Origin: an uncultured Acidimicrobiaceae bacterium
Lineage (GTDB): Bacteria; Actinomycetota; Acidimicrobiia; Acidimicrobiales; RAAP-2
NCBI GenBank assembly: GCA_963756025.1
Contig: CAVWMF010000007.1
Coordinates: 102,612 to 166,611, forward strand
DNA: 64,000 bases
Direction of reading: 5' to 3'
In this document: one piece after another, positions 8,757-18,009 of the stretch
Layout of the letters: each line of letters begins with the position of its first letter
Numbering within the stretch: the stretch's first letter is position 1
Program-made: the position numbers and the translations under genes
Notes under the pieces: model-generated
The model's database searches: none
Told to the model about the DNA's origin: nothing
What the model saw: the letters and a program-made list of their open reading frames with translations, nothing else

Positions 8757-9851
8757 ATGCGTGAATTCAGCTTGATATCATCGGACTCCCACGTGAAAAT
8801 GCCGGACGAGGCGTGGCAGGAGTACCTGGACCCGCGATTCCGTGCTCAAGCTCCGAGGATCGAACGGACCGATGAGGGAGATTTTCGGGTGTTCGAAGGT
8901 CAGCGCAGCCCGATCCTCGCCCTCGACAACCTGGCAGGGAAGGCACCCGAGGAATTCTCTCTCAACGTTCGCAAACTCGATGAGCAGCGCCCAGGCGCTT
9001 GGGATCCGGCTGAACGCATCAAGGATATGGACCTCGACGGCTTGGACGCCGAGGTCCTCTTCTTCGGCGGCCCACTCGTCACGACCGATCAGGCGTTGCG
9101 TCTCAACAGCGTTCGCGGCTATCACCGGTGGCTCTCGGACTTCTGTTCCTACGCCCCTGACCGGCTCCTCGGCATGGCGGCAATTCCGATCGATACACCC
9201 GACATCGCGGCCGAAGAGGTCCACTTCGCGAAGGAAAGCGGGCTCGTCGGCGGAACGATCCCACTCTTTCCCTCTGAAGGAGACTATTCGGACCGGAAGT
9301 GGGACAAAATGTGGCACGCATTTCTCGACACGGGATTACCGATTGCCCTGCACACCGGGTCCCGACGTCCCGGCACACCGGGCGCCAACATCTACGACAG
9401 TTCAGCACGGTTCATGACCGGCCTGGTGATGAACAAGATGACGATGGCCGAGGCGGTCTCCGAACTCATCCACGGGTTGGTGATGCAGCGCTTTCCCGAT
9501 CTGAAATTTCTTGCTGTCGAGGCGCAGATCGGCTGGATCTCCTTCGTCCAGTACTACATGGACCACTTGTGGGAGAAGCACCGGTATTGGACGAAGAGCG
9601 AACTGCAGGAGCCACCGAGTACCTACTTCCACCGACAGGTTTTTGCCACCTTCATGGAGGATCCTGTGGGCCTCCGGGAGTACGAGCACATCGGCGTCGA
9701 CAACATCATGTGGGCCAGCGACTATCCACATTCGGAGACCACGTGGCCCGACTCGAAGAAGCTGACCGACGAGTGGATGAGGTCATTTCCGGACCTCGAC
9801 CGCGAGAAGATTCTTTGGCGGAACTGTGCCGGCCTCTTCGGCCTCTCCTGA
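8757..9851 (+). CDS. amidohydrolase-2 (PF04909-like) family protein
   Basis: 364 aa. Motifs: LISSDSHVKMPDEAW, IMWASDYPHSE. Confidence 0.9.
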   Translation: MREFSLISSDSHVKMPDEAWQEYLDPRFRAQAPRIERTDEGDFRVFEGQRSPILALDNLAGKAPEEFSLNVRKLDEQRPGAWDPAERIKDMDLDGLDAEVLFFGGPLVTTDQALRLNSVRGYHRWLSDFCSYAPDRLLGMAAIPIDTPDIAAEEVHFAKESGLVGGTIPLFPSEGDYSDRKWDKMWHAFLDTGLPIALHTGSRRPGTPGANIYDSSARFMTGLVMNKMTMAEAVSELIHGLVMQRFPDLKFLAVEAQIGWISFVQYYMDHLWEKHRYWTKSELQEPPSTYFHRQVFATFMEDPVGLREYEHIGVDNIMWASDYPHSETTWPDSKKLTDEWMRSFPDLDREKILWRNCAGLFGLS

Positions 9852-9863
9852 TCCCGTCCAGGC

Positions 9864-10329
9864 TCAGGAGCCCGCCATTGGCAACTTGTGTGGGGGCCAC
9901 TTCTCCGGCGGATCCACGTAATCCGTCTTGTAGAACGTGTGGGCGCGAAAATCCGCGATGGAGGCGCCCTCGGGTCCGGCCCAGAACGAGTACGGCGTGC
10001 CGGCGGTGCGATAGACGCCCTCGCCCGCCTTCAGCACTCGATTTCCGTGGTGCACTTCGCCCTCGATGATGAATTCTGATGTAATCCACGTCATGGCGAT
10101 GGGTGGGCAGGAGTGTGCCGGGAGCCAATGTCACGATGGTCAGGCTCAACCCGTCGGTCTCGGGATTGGAGACCATGACCTTGCGCCCGGCGCGCCCGGC
10201 GAAATACGCCATCCCGCCCGGGGACCGGCTGCCACCGGTGGGATCGGGATCGAGCGGAGCGATTTTCTCGTCTTCCGAGCTGTGTCGCACATCGAAAAAC
10301 ACAGAGCGGTGTTTCTTGGGCGTCTCCAT
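9864..10329 (-). pseudogene. cupin-domain protein interrupted by a 1-nt frame change near 10085..10095
   Basis: ATG 10329 has a strong RBS (GGAGAGAGGGAA) and reads METPKKHRSVFFDV...LTIVTLAPGTLLPTHRHD in one frame. The cupin continues (TSEFIIEGEVHHGNRVLKAGEGVYRTAGTPYSF) in track ORF 9864..10094, one frame over. Track ORF 9706..10428 is a chimera of the real N-terminus plus out-of-frame text. Confidence 0.55.
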
Positions 10330-10360
10330 CGTTGCGTTCCCTCTCTCCGTCAAATTGCGA

Positions 10361-12076
10361 CTATCGGTCACGGACTGTGGTGTTGCCGGTCTGCCGTCCT
10401 GAGCGCAGCACGATCCCGGGCGCATCACCGGTGGGCTTACCGTCGGTCAGCACCTGAATGCCGTTGACCAGCACGGTCTTGACCCCGATGGGGTCGGCCA
10501 GCAGGCGCTTGTTGTCGCCGGGCAGGTCGAAAGCCGTCCGGGTCGGCGACGATCCCACCGTCTCAGGGTCGAAGAGGACCAGGTCGGCCTGGTAGCCCTC
10601 GGCGACCCGGCCGCGGCCGGTGAGACCGAACAAGCGGGCCGGAACATCACTCATCAGCTGGACCGCCTTCGCCATGCTCACCAGGCGGCGGCCCCGAAGA
10701 CAGTCGGCAAGAAATCTCGTAGGGTAGGCCGAGCCGAGCATGCGATCGAGGTGGGCCCCGGCATCCGAGCCGCCCAAGAGCACGTCGGGATCCCCCCACA
10801 GGTCCTGACGCAGCTTCCAATCCGCATCGCTGTCGGCACCTGGCAGCGGCCACAGCACCGTGCGCAACTCGTCTGCGGCGACGATGTCCACGATCGTCGT
10901 GAAGGGATCTTCGCCCCTCTCCGCGGCGATCTCCCCCACGACCCGGTTGCGATAGGGCTCGTTCACCTCACTGAAGACATCACCGATCATGTAGTTGGAG
11001 AAGTCGGACATGCGCTCGAGGATCGACCCCTTGGCCGATGCCAACATGGACGCCCTGACCTCCGGGTCGCGCAAGCGGCGGATCCGCTCAGGCACCTCCA
11101 CATTCAAAACGTCCCGCCAACCGGGGAGAATCCACATGGCGCAGTACGTGAGGAAACTCATGTTCTGGTCGGCGAAGATCGGCATGGTCAGCGCCACCAC
11201 CCGGCCGCCCGTCTCCCGGGCCCTTCGTGAAGGCCCGAGCTGGTGCTCGACGCGGTCGGCGTCGGCGGCGCTCGCAGCGAGCACATTCCAGTTGAGCGGA
11301 CTGTCGGCCAAAGAGCTCATCCTGGCCAGGAATTCGACTTCATGCTCATTGAACCGGCCGATACACCCCTCGGTGATCAACTCCAGGGAGGTCCCCTCCC
11401 GGTCAGCGAGCACCTCACAAAGGCGGAGCAACTCCACCTCGGACGCCCACCGGCTCGGCACCGGTTGACCGTCGCCGTCGATATGGGTCGACGACCGCGA
11501 CGTCGACAGGCCGAGCCCGCCCGCGTCGACCGATTGTTCGAAGAGCGCGACAATCCGCTCGAGTTCCTCGGGCGTCGCTTCCCTGCCGAAATCTTCCCCC
11601 ATGACGAACCTCCGCAACGCGGAATGCCCCACCATGAAGCCGGCGTTCACGGCGATCGCACCATCCAACGCATCCAGGTACTCCCCGAAGGACTCCCAAT
11701 TCCACGGCACCCCAAGCTCGAGCGCGGTCAACGGCATACCTTCGACCTGGGCCATCATCCGCCGTGTGTAGTCCGCGTCCCGCTCTCTCAGGGGGGCCAG
11801 CGTGAATCCACAGTTCCCCCCGATCACCGTCGTCACACCGTGCCAGATCGACGGGGTAGCCAATGGATCCCAGAACAGTTGTGCGTCGTAGTGCGTGTGA
11901 GGATCGACGAAGCCCGGGCTGACCACGAGCCCGTCCGCCTCGATCCGCGCCGCGGCCGGTTCGTCGATCGACCCGACCGCGACCACCCGCCCCTCGTGCA
12001 CGGCGACGTCCGCCTTTACCGGTTCTGACCCGGTACCGTCGACGACCAAGCCACCCGCGATCACCACATCGACCAT
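10361..12076 (-). CDS. D-aminoacylase-like amidohydrolase
   Basis: Track ORF runs to 12121. ATG 12076 (AAGGGGG upstream, downstream of the preceding stop) gives MVDVVIAGGLVVDGTG. Motifs: GFVDPHTHYD, GGNCGFTLAP. Confidence 0.9.
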   Translation of the reverse strand: MVDVVIAGGLVVDGTGSEPVKADVAVHEGRVVAVGSIDEPAAARIEADGLVVSPGFVDPHTHYDAQLFWDPLATPSIWHGVTTVIGGNCGFTLAPLRERDADYTRRMMAQVEGMPLTALELGVPWNWESFGEYLDALDGAIAVNAGFMVGHSALRRFVMGEDFGREATPEELERIVALFEQSVDAGGLGLSTSRSSTHIDGDGQPVPSRWASEVELLRLCEVLADREGTSLELITEGCIGRFNEHEVEFLARMSSLADSPLNWNVLAASAADADRVEHQLGPSRRARETGGRVVALTMPIFADQNMSFLTYCAMWILPGWRDVLNVEVPERIRRLRDPEVRASMLASAKGSILERMSDFSNYMIGDVFSEVNEPYRNRVVGEIAAERGEDPFTTIVDIVAADELRTVLWPLPGADSDADWKLRQDLWGDPDVLLGGSDAGAHLDRMLGSAYPTRFLADCLRGRRLVSMAKAVQLMSDVPARLFGLTGRGRVAEGYQADLVLFDPETVGSSPTRTAFDLPGDNKRLLADPIGVKTVLVNGIQVLTDGKPTGDAPGIVLRSGRQTGNTTVRDR

Positions 12077-12090
12077 GCCCGTAAACCCCC

Positions 12091-13224
12091 TTATGACGAG
12101 ACTGACTCTGCCCGCGTACAACTCCAGTTGAAAAGGTACTCGGCATTGCGCACCGTGATCATCTCGGCCTCATCGGCGGGAATGTCGGCGAACAGCTCAT
12201 CCACGATCTTCTGCGTGTTCGGCCACACGCAGCTGGAGTGCGGGTAGTCACACTCCCACAGGATGCGATCGATGCCGATGTCATGGCGGACCCGGAGGCC
12301 ATACGGCTCCTCGATCAAGCAGAACCACATGTTTCTCCGGCAGACGTCGGATGGGAGCACATCGTCGGTGCCGCTCCAGTACTTATGCCGCTTGTACATT
12401 CGGTCAGCGCGCTCGAGGGCACCGGGCACCCAGTTGATCCCACCCTCGGAGTAGACGATCTTGATGTCGGGGAATTTGCGGGGCACCGGGCTGTACATCA
12501 TCCCCAGAGCGTGCGTGATGGTCGGCACGAACCCGAGAGCAACCATCAAACTGGGGTTCGACTCAGGCGGCGTATACGGTCGCCAACCGCTGGAACCGAT
12601 GTGCATGCAGACGGCCGTCCCCGATTGCTCGCAGATGTCCCATACCGGATCCCAGAAGCTGTCGTAGTAGGAGGGCAAGCCCAAGAGACTCGTCTCTTCG
12701 GGGATGGTGATCGCCCGCAGACCCTTCTCCAGATTCCTCTCGATCTCCTTCACGGCGAGACCGGCGTCCCACAGCTGAACGATGGCCATCGGTATGAACA
12801 TGTCCGGAGCGGCTGCGCACCACTCGTCGAGCATGAAGTCGTTCCACGCCTTCACGCAGACGTCGGCCAGCTCACGGTCTTTGAGCTCGGGGAAGAGGGC
12901 TCCCCCGAATCGGGGAAGCGTCGGAAAATTGAGGCTCGCCATGATCCCCTCCGCCCGCAGATCCGCCGCGCGAGCGTTGGGGTCGTAACAGCCGGGAATC
13001 ATGTCGGAGAAGCGGACAGGATCGAAACTCCAATCCTCTTCAGGCTTCCCGGCGACTGCATTCAGACCGATCGTCGGCATCTTCGTTCCTTCGACGACCC
13101 AGAACTCCATCTCACCGTCGTCGATCACATGGGGGGCGTCCTCCAGAAACTTTCGTGGCACCCGCTTGGACCAGACGTCGGCCGGCTCGACGATGTGATC
13201 GTCAGCACTGAAGAGTGTTCTCAT
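12091..13224 (-). CDS. amidohydrolase-2 (PF04909-like) family protein
   Basis: Track ORF runs to 13263. ATG 13224 is preceded by GGAGGAAACAGA. Motifs: MRTLFSADDHIVEPADVW, AWNDFMLDEW, WECDYPHS. Confidence 0.9.
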   Translation of the reverse strand: MRTLFSADDHIVEPADVWSKRVPRKFLEDAPHVIDDGEMEFWVVEGTKMPTIGLNAVAGKPEEDWSFDPVRFSDMIPGCYDPNARAADLRAEGIMASLNFPTLPRFGGALFPELKDRELADVCVKAWNDFMLDEWCAAAPDMFIPMAIVQLWDAGLAVKEIERNLEKGLRAITIPEETSLLGLPSYYDSFWDPVWDICEQSGTAVCMHIGSSGWRPYTPPESNPSLMVALGFVPTITHALGMMYSPVPRKFPDIKIVYSEGGINWVPGALERADRMYKRHKYWSGTDDVLPSDVCRRNMWFCLIEEPYGLRVRHDIGIDRILWECDYPHSSCVWPNTQKIVDELFADIPADEAEMITVRNAEYLFNWSCTRAESVSS

Positions 13225-13304
13225 TCTGTTTCCTCCGTTATCGAGGGCATGCATCATGTTCACCGGTCCGCGGTGACGCCCGCCGCCGATCCGGCGCCTT
13301 CACG

Positions 13305-14111
13305 TCACTGCGGCAATCCCTGCAGGTGCTCGCGTTTGAATCCCCAGGGGGAGTGAACGGTCACCCCACCGTCCACGGCCAGCGTCTGCCCGGTGACCCG
13401 AGCGGCAAGATCCGAGCAAAGGAAGAGAACGGCGTTGGCAATATCACGCGCCCGGGGAGCGGCGAGAGGGTTGATCCCATTGACGTCGTACTCACCTTCG
13501 GGCTGATCCTCGTTGCCACTGCCCACATTGCCCGGAGCGACGGCGTTGGCCCGGATACCCCAGTGACCGTATTCGTCGGCGAACGTTCTGACGAGTGAGA
13601 TCACTCCCGCTTTCGCTGCGCCGTAGTGCAAATGGAACGCCGACGCGCCGATGCCGTCAACGGATGCGAGTGCCGCCAGCGCTCCCCCGGTGCCTTGGTC
13701 GATCATTCGCCTGCCGGCCGATCGGAACAGGTAGAAGACGTGCGTGAGGTTATTGGCGATGGCCCAGTCCCAATCCTCGTCGGTCGTCTTGTGCGCTTCC
13801 TCCCAGACGGTCCTCCCGATGATGTCGACGCAGACGTCCATGCCGCCCAGTTGCGCGACGGCCTCGTCCAACGCCCGCTCAACCTGGGCGGAGTCGGTCA
13901 TGTCGGCGACGATCGGGAACGCCTTCCCTCCCACCTCGGCGATGGCGTCAACGGTGCCTTGCGCCCGCCCCTCGTCGATGTCGATGCATGCAACTGTTGC
14001 GCCCGCCTCCGCAAACCGGACGGACGTCAGGCGCCCGTGCCCGGCCCGTTCAGGGATGTAACCGGCGCCGGAGACCACCACTCGCTTACCGCCCAGTCCG
14101 AGATCAATCAC
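13305..14111 (-). CDS. SDR family oxidoreductase
   Basis: 268 aa. It has KRVVVSGAG... in the Rossmann N-terminus, a YGAAK catalytic Tyr/Lys motif, and GIRANAVAPG. Confidence 0.9.
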   Translation of the reverse strand: MIDLGLGGKRVVVSGAGYIPERAGHGRLTSVRFAEAGATVACIDIDEGRAQGTVDAIAEVGGKAFPIVADMTDSAQVERALDEAVAQLGGMDVCVDIIGRTVWEEAHKTTDEDWDWAIANNLTHVFYLFRSAGRRMIDQGTGGALAALASVDGIGASAFHLHYGAAKAGVISLVRTFADEYGHWGIRANAVAPGNVGSGNEDQPEGEYDVNGINPLAAPRARDIANAVLFLCSDLAARVTGQTLAVDGGVTVHSPWGFKREHLQGLPQ

Positions 14112-14193
14112 CGCTGTCCTCCAATCGTCAGTGTCACGACGTTAACCCCGATCGACCATGGCCGCCTCGGAATTTTTGGACGGCGCGGCACCC

Positions 14194-15036
14194 TCACGCC
14201 ATGACCACGCCGCCGTTGGGTCGCAGCACCTGACCGGTCATATACCGGGATGCGTCCGCGGCCAGGAAGAGCATCGCCCACGCGATGTCCTCGGGAGTGC
14301 CGATGAGGCCGAGCGGGGACCCGGCCCTGCGACTGGCCAGATACTGCTCGCGTTGTTGCTCATCGGGAGAGCCATCGGGGCCGGCCCATCGTTGTGCGGT
14401 CATCGGTGACTCGACGAAGCCCGGGGCCACGGCATTGGCCCGGACCCCGCGGGGGCCGAGCTCAGCCGCCAGCACCCTGGTGAGCTGCATGACAGCAGCT
14501 TTGGTCATCCCATAGACCGAAAGCGTCGGCGCCGGCATCTCACCGCCGGCGGAGGCGACATTGACGATGGACCCACTTCCGGCCGCCGACATGACACGCC
14601 CCGCTGCCGCACAGCCCCAGTACACCCCTTTCAGATTGATATCGACGACCGCGTCGAGGTCGTGCTCCGTGGTATCGACAACCGAGGAATTCCGCAGAAT
14701 TCCGGCCACGTTGGCCCACACGTCGATGCGATCTCCGAGGCGCATCGCCTGGCGAGCCAACTCGTCCACGTCGGACTTGACGGAAACGTCGGTGGGTACG
14801 GGAACCCCGCCGTCGACGAGAGAAGCGGTCTCCTCGAGACCTGCTTTCGCGCAATCAGCCAGGACCACCCGAGCACCCGCTCGTGCGTAGAGGATCGCGG
14901 TGGCGCGGCCAATTCCCGAGGCCGCCCCCGTCACGACCGCTATCCGCCCTGCCAGGGAGATGCCGTCGACCACGTCGGGATGCACCCCCGCCCGATGTCC
15001 CTCCCCTCGGGCCCCGAGGTCTGCGTCCGGACCCAT
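14194..15036 (-). CDS. SDR family oxidoreductase
   Basis: Motifs: RIAVVTGAASGIGRA, NVASAGG, YGMTKAA, VRANAVAPG. The true start may be an internal GTG (about 14973). Confidence 0.85.
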   Translation of the reverse strand: MGPDADLGARGEGHRAGVHPDVVDGISLAGRIAVVTGAASGIGRATAILYARAGARVVLADCAKAGLEETASLVDGGVPVPTDVSVKSDVDELARQAMRLGDRIDVWANVAGILRNSSVVDTTEHDLDAVVDINLKGVYWGCAAAGRVMSAAGSGSIVNVASAGGEMPAPTLSVYGMTKAAVMQLTRVLAAELGPRGVRANAVAPGFVESPMTAQRWAGPDGSPDEQQREQYLASRRAGSPLGLIGTPEDIAWAMLFLAADASRYMTGQVLRPNGGVVMA

Positions 15037-15227
15037 CAGGGCCTGACCTCCGGCGGGGACTCGTGCCGCAGGTGGACGTGCACCCTCGCCCGCCCCTTTT
15101 GCAATATGGAAGCATTCTTCATGGTTGCGGCATTATGCCGCCGCAACATTCCAGTCGCAAGGGCCGAACAGTCCAGTGGCTGCGCAAAACCAGCGGGATC
15201 GCGCTCCGGACCCCGGTCACTGCGCAC

Positions 15228-15644
15228 TCAGCGGTCGGTCTGGAGCGGCTCGATGCCCCGCGCCGCGAGCAGGGCGGCGAACGCAGCAGGGTCGGCGGGA
15301 CGGGCGCTCGGGTCGCCTCCATAGAACTCCACGAGCTCGGTCCCGTCCGGACCGGCGACGATGGGACCGAACGTGGCGCCCTCCTCCAGGAAGATGACCG
15401 TCCCGGAACGGCAGTCAGTACCGCCGAAGGTGGCCGAGCCTCCGAGGATGTACACGACGTGGTTGCTGCTGTGCCCGTGCTCCTCGATCACCATCCCCGG
15501 GTCGTAGATCGTATAGATGAAGGTGCCGGACGGGCCGCGCCCCAAGATCTTGTTACGGACACACACACGGACCTCGCCGTGCTGTTGGGCCCGGCTCTCG
15601 CGCCATGGCATGTCATCGATGTGGGTGAAGATCACTTCAGGCAC
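15228..15644 (-). CDS. cupin-domain protein
   Basis: 138 aa. 'EEHGHSSNHVVYILGGSATFGG' matches the cupin motif. Confidence 0.8.
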   Translation of the reverse strand: MPEVIFTHIDDMPWRESRAQQHGEVRVCVRNKILGRGPSGTFIYTIYDPGMVIEEHGHSSNHVVYILGGSATFGGTDCRSGTVIFLEEGATFGPIVAGPDGTELVEFYGGDPSARPADPAAFAALLAARGIEPLQTDR

Positions 15645-15653
15645 ACGAAAACC

Positions 15654-16487
15654 TCAGGCCAGCTCGTCGGACGCGTATTCCCGAAATGGACCCGCCAGGT
15701 GGCCGCCATCCACCGGTATCGCCGCCCCGGTGAGGTAGCTGGACTCGTCGCTGGCGAGAAAGAGCACGACAGCGGCCACTTCCTCGGGGAGGCCCATGCG
15801 CCGGATCGGCTGGAGTTGCATCAGCCGTTCGAGTCGCGGACGCGCCGGGCTCTCCGGCCCACCCAGCATCGGCGTGTCGATCACCCCCGGATGAACCGAG
15901 TTGACCCTTATCCCGTAAGGCCCGAGCTCGATCGCCGCCGACTTGGTCATTCCGGTGACGGCGAACTTGCTGGCCACGTAACTCGTCATGCCGAGCATCC
16001 CGGCGAGACCGTCGATGGACGAAATGTTGATGATGGAGCCACGACCGCTCGCGACCAGTGCCTGCTTGGCGCAGCGCATGCCGTAGTAGACGCCGTTGAG
16101 GTTGACATCGATGATCCGGGCGTGTTCCTCGAGATCCATCCCTTCGAGCGTTCCCACGGCGCCGATGCCCGCATTGTTGACCAGGACGTGCAGCCCACCG
16201 AATCGATCCACTGCGGTCGCCACCGCCCCGTCCCATTGCTCGGGTGATCTGACGTCGAGCACCTGGAAGGAGGCGTTGCCACCCAACTCTTCCGCCAAGG
16301 CCTGTCCTTCATCCTCACGAACGTCACCGATGACCACCTTCGCTCCCTCCGCCGCGAAGAGGCGCGCCTCGGCCTCCCCCTGCCCGCGGGCCCCACCCGA
16401 AATCAGAGCGACCTTGCCGTCCAGACGTGTACCCACGCATCCCCCTCGAGTCAGTTTTCCTCGGCCGAGCTTCCGGACCTTCACCAT
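15654..16487 (-). CDS. SDR family oxidoreductase (3-alpha/20-beta-hydroxysteroid-dehydrogenase-like)
   Basis: Motifs: GKVALISGGARGQGEAEA, NNAGI, YVASKFAV, IRVNSVHPG. The N-terminal ~17 residues are doubtful, with an internal GTG about 16436. Confidence 0.9.
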   Translation of the reverse strand: MVKVRKLGRGKLTRGGCVGTRLDGKVALISGGARGQGEAEARLFAAEGAKVVIGDVREDEGQALAEELGGNASFQVLDVRSPEQWDGAVATAVDRFGGLHVLVNNAGIGAVGTLEGMDLEEHARIIDVNLNGVYYGMRCAKQALVASGRGSIINISSIDGLAGMLGMTSYVASKFAVTGMTKSAAIELGPYGIRVNSVHPGVIDTPMLGGPESPARPRLERLMQLQPIRRMGLPEEVAAVVLFLASDESSYLTGAAIPVDGGHLAGPFREYASDELA

Positions 16488-16513
16488 AAGCCCGAACAGC
16501 AGAGACCGCTATC

Positions 16514-17332
16514 GTGGACACCGTGTTGATCATCGACGCGCATCAGCATGTCGGCGACCTGGCCGATGCCCTGTCGTACGACGGCAGGGAACCAGGTCGG
16601 CCACCCGAGGTTGACGAAGACGCCAGGGCTCGCCTGGCCCACATGGACGCGTTGGGTGTCACATGGAGCGTGTTGCAACCTTCACACGGCTATCTGAGGG
16701 CGGAAGGGCTCGCGGCGACGCAGAGAGTGAACGACCGCATGGCGCGTTATCAGGCCTTCGCCCCGGATCGCTTCTGCGTGCTGGGCACCACCGAGCCGAT
16801 GCACGGCCAAGTTGGCGTCGAGGAGGTCGAGCGCCTCCATCGTTTGGGCCTGAAGGGCGTCGCGTGGCACCACCGCTTTCAGGGATGCTTCATCGACAGC
16901 AGGTGGATGTGGCCGACCCTCGAGCGCATGGCCGAGCTCGGACTCCTGCCACTCGTCCACGTGAACGCCGAGTCGAGTATGGAAGCCCATTGGCGGTTGC
17001 AACGTCTGGCTGTCGACTTTCCCGACCTCACTTTCCTGGCCATGGACGGGTTATGGACCTATGAGCGGGCGCGGCACGCCATGATCACCGCGCGCACGAC
17101 CCCCAATGTGATCTGGGACATGGGGGGCCCGGTGTGTTACATATCGGCCGACGAGTGGGTCGAACGCAACGGGTCGACGACGCTTTGCTTCAGCACGGGC
17201 AGCTACGGTCCGAGCGGGGCGGCCACCAAGCCTGCCCTTCTCTCCCAGCTGGAGGCAGCTGCCATGTCGGAGGAGGATCGCAACAACATCCTGGGCGGCA
17301 ACGTCGCCCGCGCATTCGACCTCACGTCGTGA
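16514..17332 (+). CDS. amidohydrolase-2 (PF04909-like) family protein, classical HxH type
   Basis: 272 aa with a GTG start. 'LIIDAHQHVG' makes it the only one of the seven paralogues with the HxH N-terminal signature. Confidence 0.85.
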   Translation: MDTVLIIDAHQHVGDLADALSYDGREPGRPPEVDEDARARLAHMDALGVTWSVLQPSHGYLRAEGLAATQRVNDRMARYQAFAPDRFCVLGTTEPMHGQVGVEEVERLHRLGLKGVAWHHRFQGCFIDSRWMWPTLERMAELGLLPLVHVNAESSMEAHWRLQRLAVDFPDLTFLAMDGLWTYERARHAMITARTTPNVIWDMGGPVCYISADEWVERNGSTTLCFSTGSYGPSGAATKPALLSQLEAAAMSEEDRNNILGGNVARAFDLTS

Positions 17333-17344
17333 GATGGCGGTGCA

Positions 17345-17995
17345 CTAGAAGACGCTGATGCGATCCGGAGCTCGCTCGGGTCGCGAGAGGGCACGGAGGA
17401 CGTGCAGATCTCCGTGCACTGAAACCGATGCGTCGAAGAGCGCGTCCAGAGCAGTGGTGAGTGCGAGGGCGGGAGGTGTGGAGGGCAGGCCCACGCTGCA
17501 GGCCAGATCGTCGGCGTGCACCACCAATTCTACGACGCGCGTCGCCAGATAGGCGGAGAAGGGAATCGTTTGTCCCGCCACGCCCGTCCCAGACGGAAGA
17601 CCGCGCCGCAGGAGCTCTTCGACGAGTAACACCCGGGCGTCGTAGGCATTGTGGACATCCTCCCATCCCCACGCCGCGACGTGGGCTCCGTCCACCCTCA
17701 CTTGACGTTGTTCGGGCAGATCAAGGTCCTCCGCCGTGCGGACGCTCAGCCATGTCCACCCTGTCTGCTCCGCTGCGGGCATTGCCACGGGCGCCTCGAA
17801 GGCGCTCTCGAGATGCTTACCGACTCGACGGACGATAAGGAACACGTGGCCGCAGATATCGCCGACCGTCATCAATTCCACTGCACCGGGTTCGGTCCAG
17901 GCGCCACGGACGTCGTCGGAGGCTAGTAAGGAGCCGGCGTAGCGGCTGGCCTCGAGAAAGGCCTCGATGGTTGGCGCTTCCGCAAACGATTTCAT
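17345..17995 (-). CDS. DinB-like / mycothiol-dependent maleylpyruvate-isomerase N-terminal domain family protein
   Basis: 216 aa. The N-terminal helical-bundle-like region (MTVGDICGHVFLIVRRVGKHLE) resembles the actinobacterial MDMPI_N/TIGR03083-type proteins as I remember them. This is a weak assignment. Confidence 0.5.
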   Translation of the reverse strand: MKSFAEAPTIEAFLEASRYAGSLLASDDVRGAWTEPGAVELMTVGDICGHVFLIVRRVGKHLESAFEAPVAMPAAEQTGWTWLSVRTAEDLDLPEQRQVRVDGAHVAAWGWEDVHNAYDARVLLVEELLRRGLPSGTGVAGQTIPFSAYLATRVVELVVHADDLACSVGLPSTPPALALTTALDALFDASVSVHGDLHVLRALSRPERAPDRISVF

Positions 17996-18009
17996 ACCGG
18001 TTGCGCTTG

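Noticed and set aside
6881-8758. Full-length 625-aa version of the first D-aminoacylase-like ORF
   Set aside because: The first ~65 residues (MGPPELGDRAERTSHPRPGY...CRRARCRHGRATGG) are not protein-like and run into the divergent gene's start at 8757. The conserved domain begins at SKILIAGG. The same kind of 5' over-extension was trimmed for 52535..54319, 55517..56971, 58337..59695, 42072..44651, 47434..50016, 46212..47486, 24927..26084 and 62098..63672.
9706-10428. 240-aa minus-strand ORF spanning the cupin locus
   Set aside because: It is a chimera. Only residues from METPKK to ~THRHD look coding, and the remainder is Arg/Ser-rich. It also overlaps both neighbouring genes. I interpreted it as the 5' part of a frame-broken cupin.
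15124-15147. 8-bp stem hairpin (GTTGCGGC ... GCCGCAAC) in the gap between the cupin 15228..15644 and the SDR 14194..15036
   Set aside because: The stem is short, the loop is 8 nt and no U-tract follows on the transcribed (minus) strand. It could be a weak terminator or attenuator, but the evidence is too thin to call.
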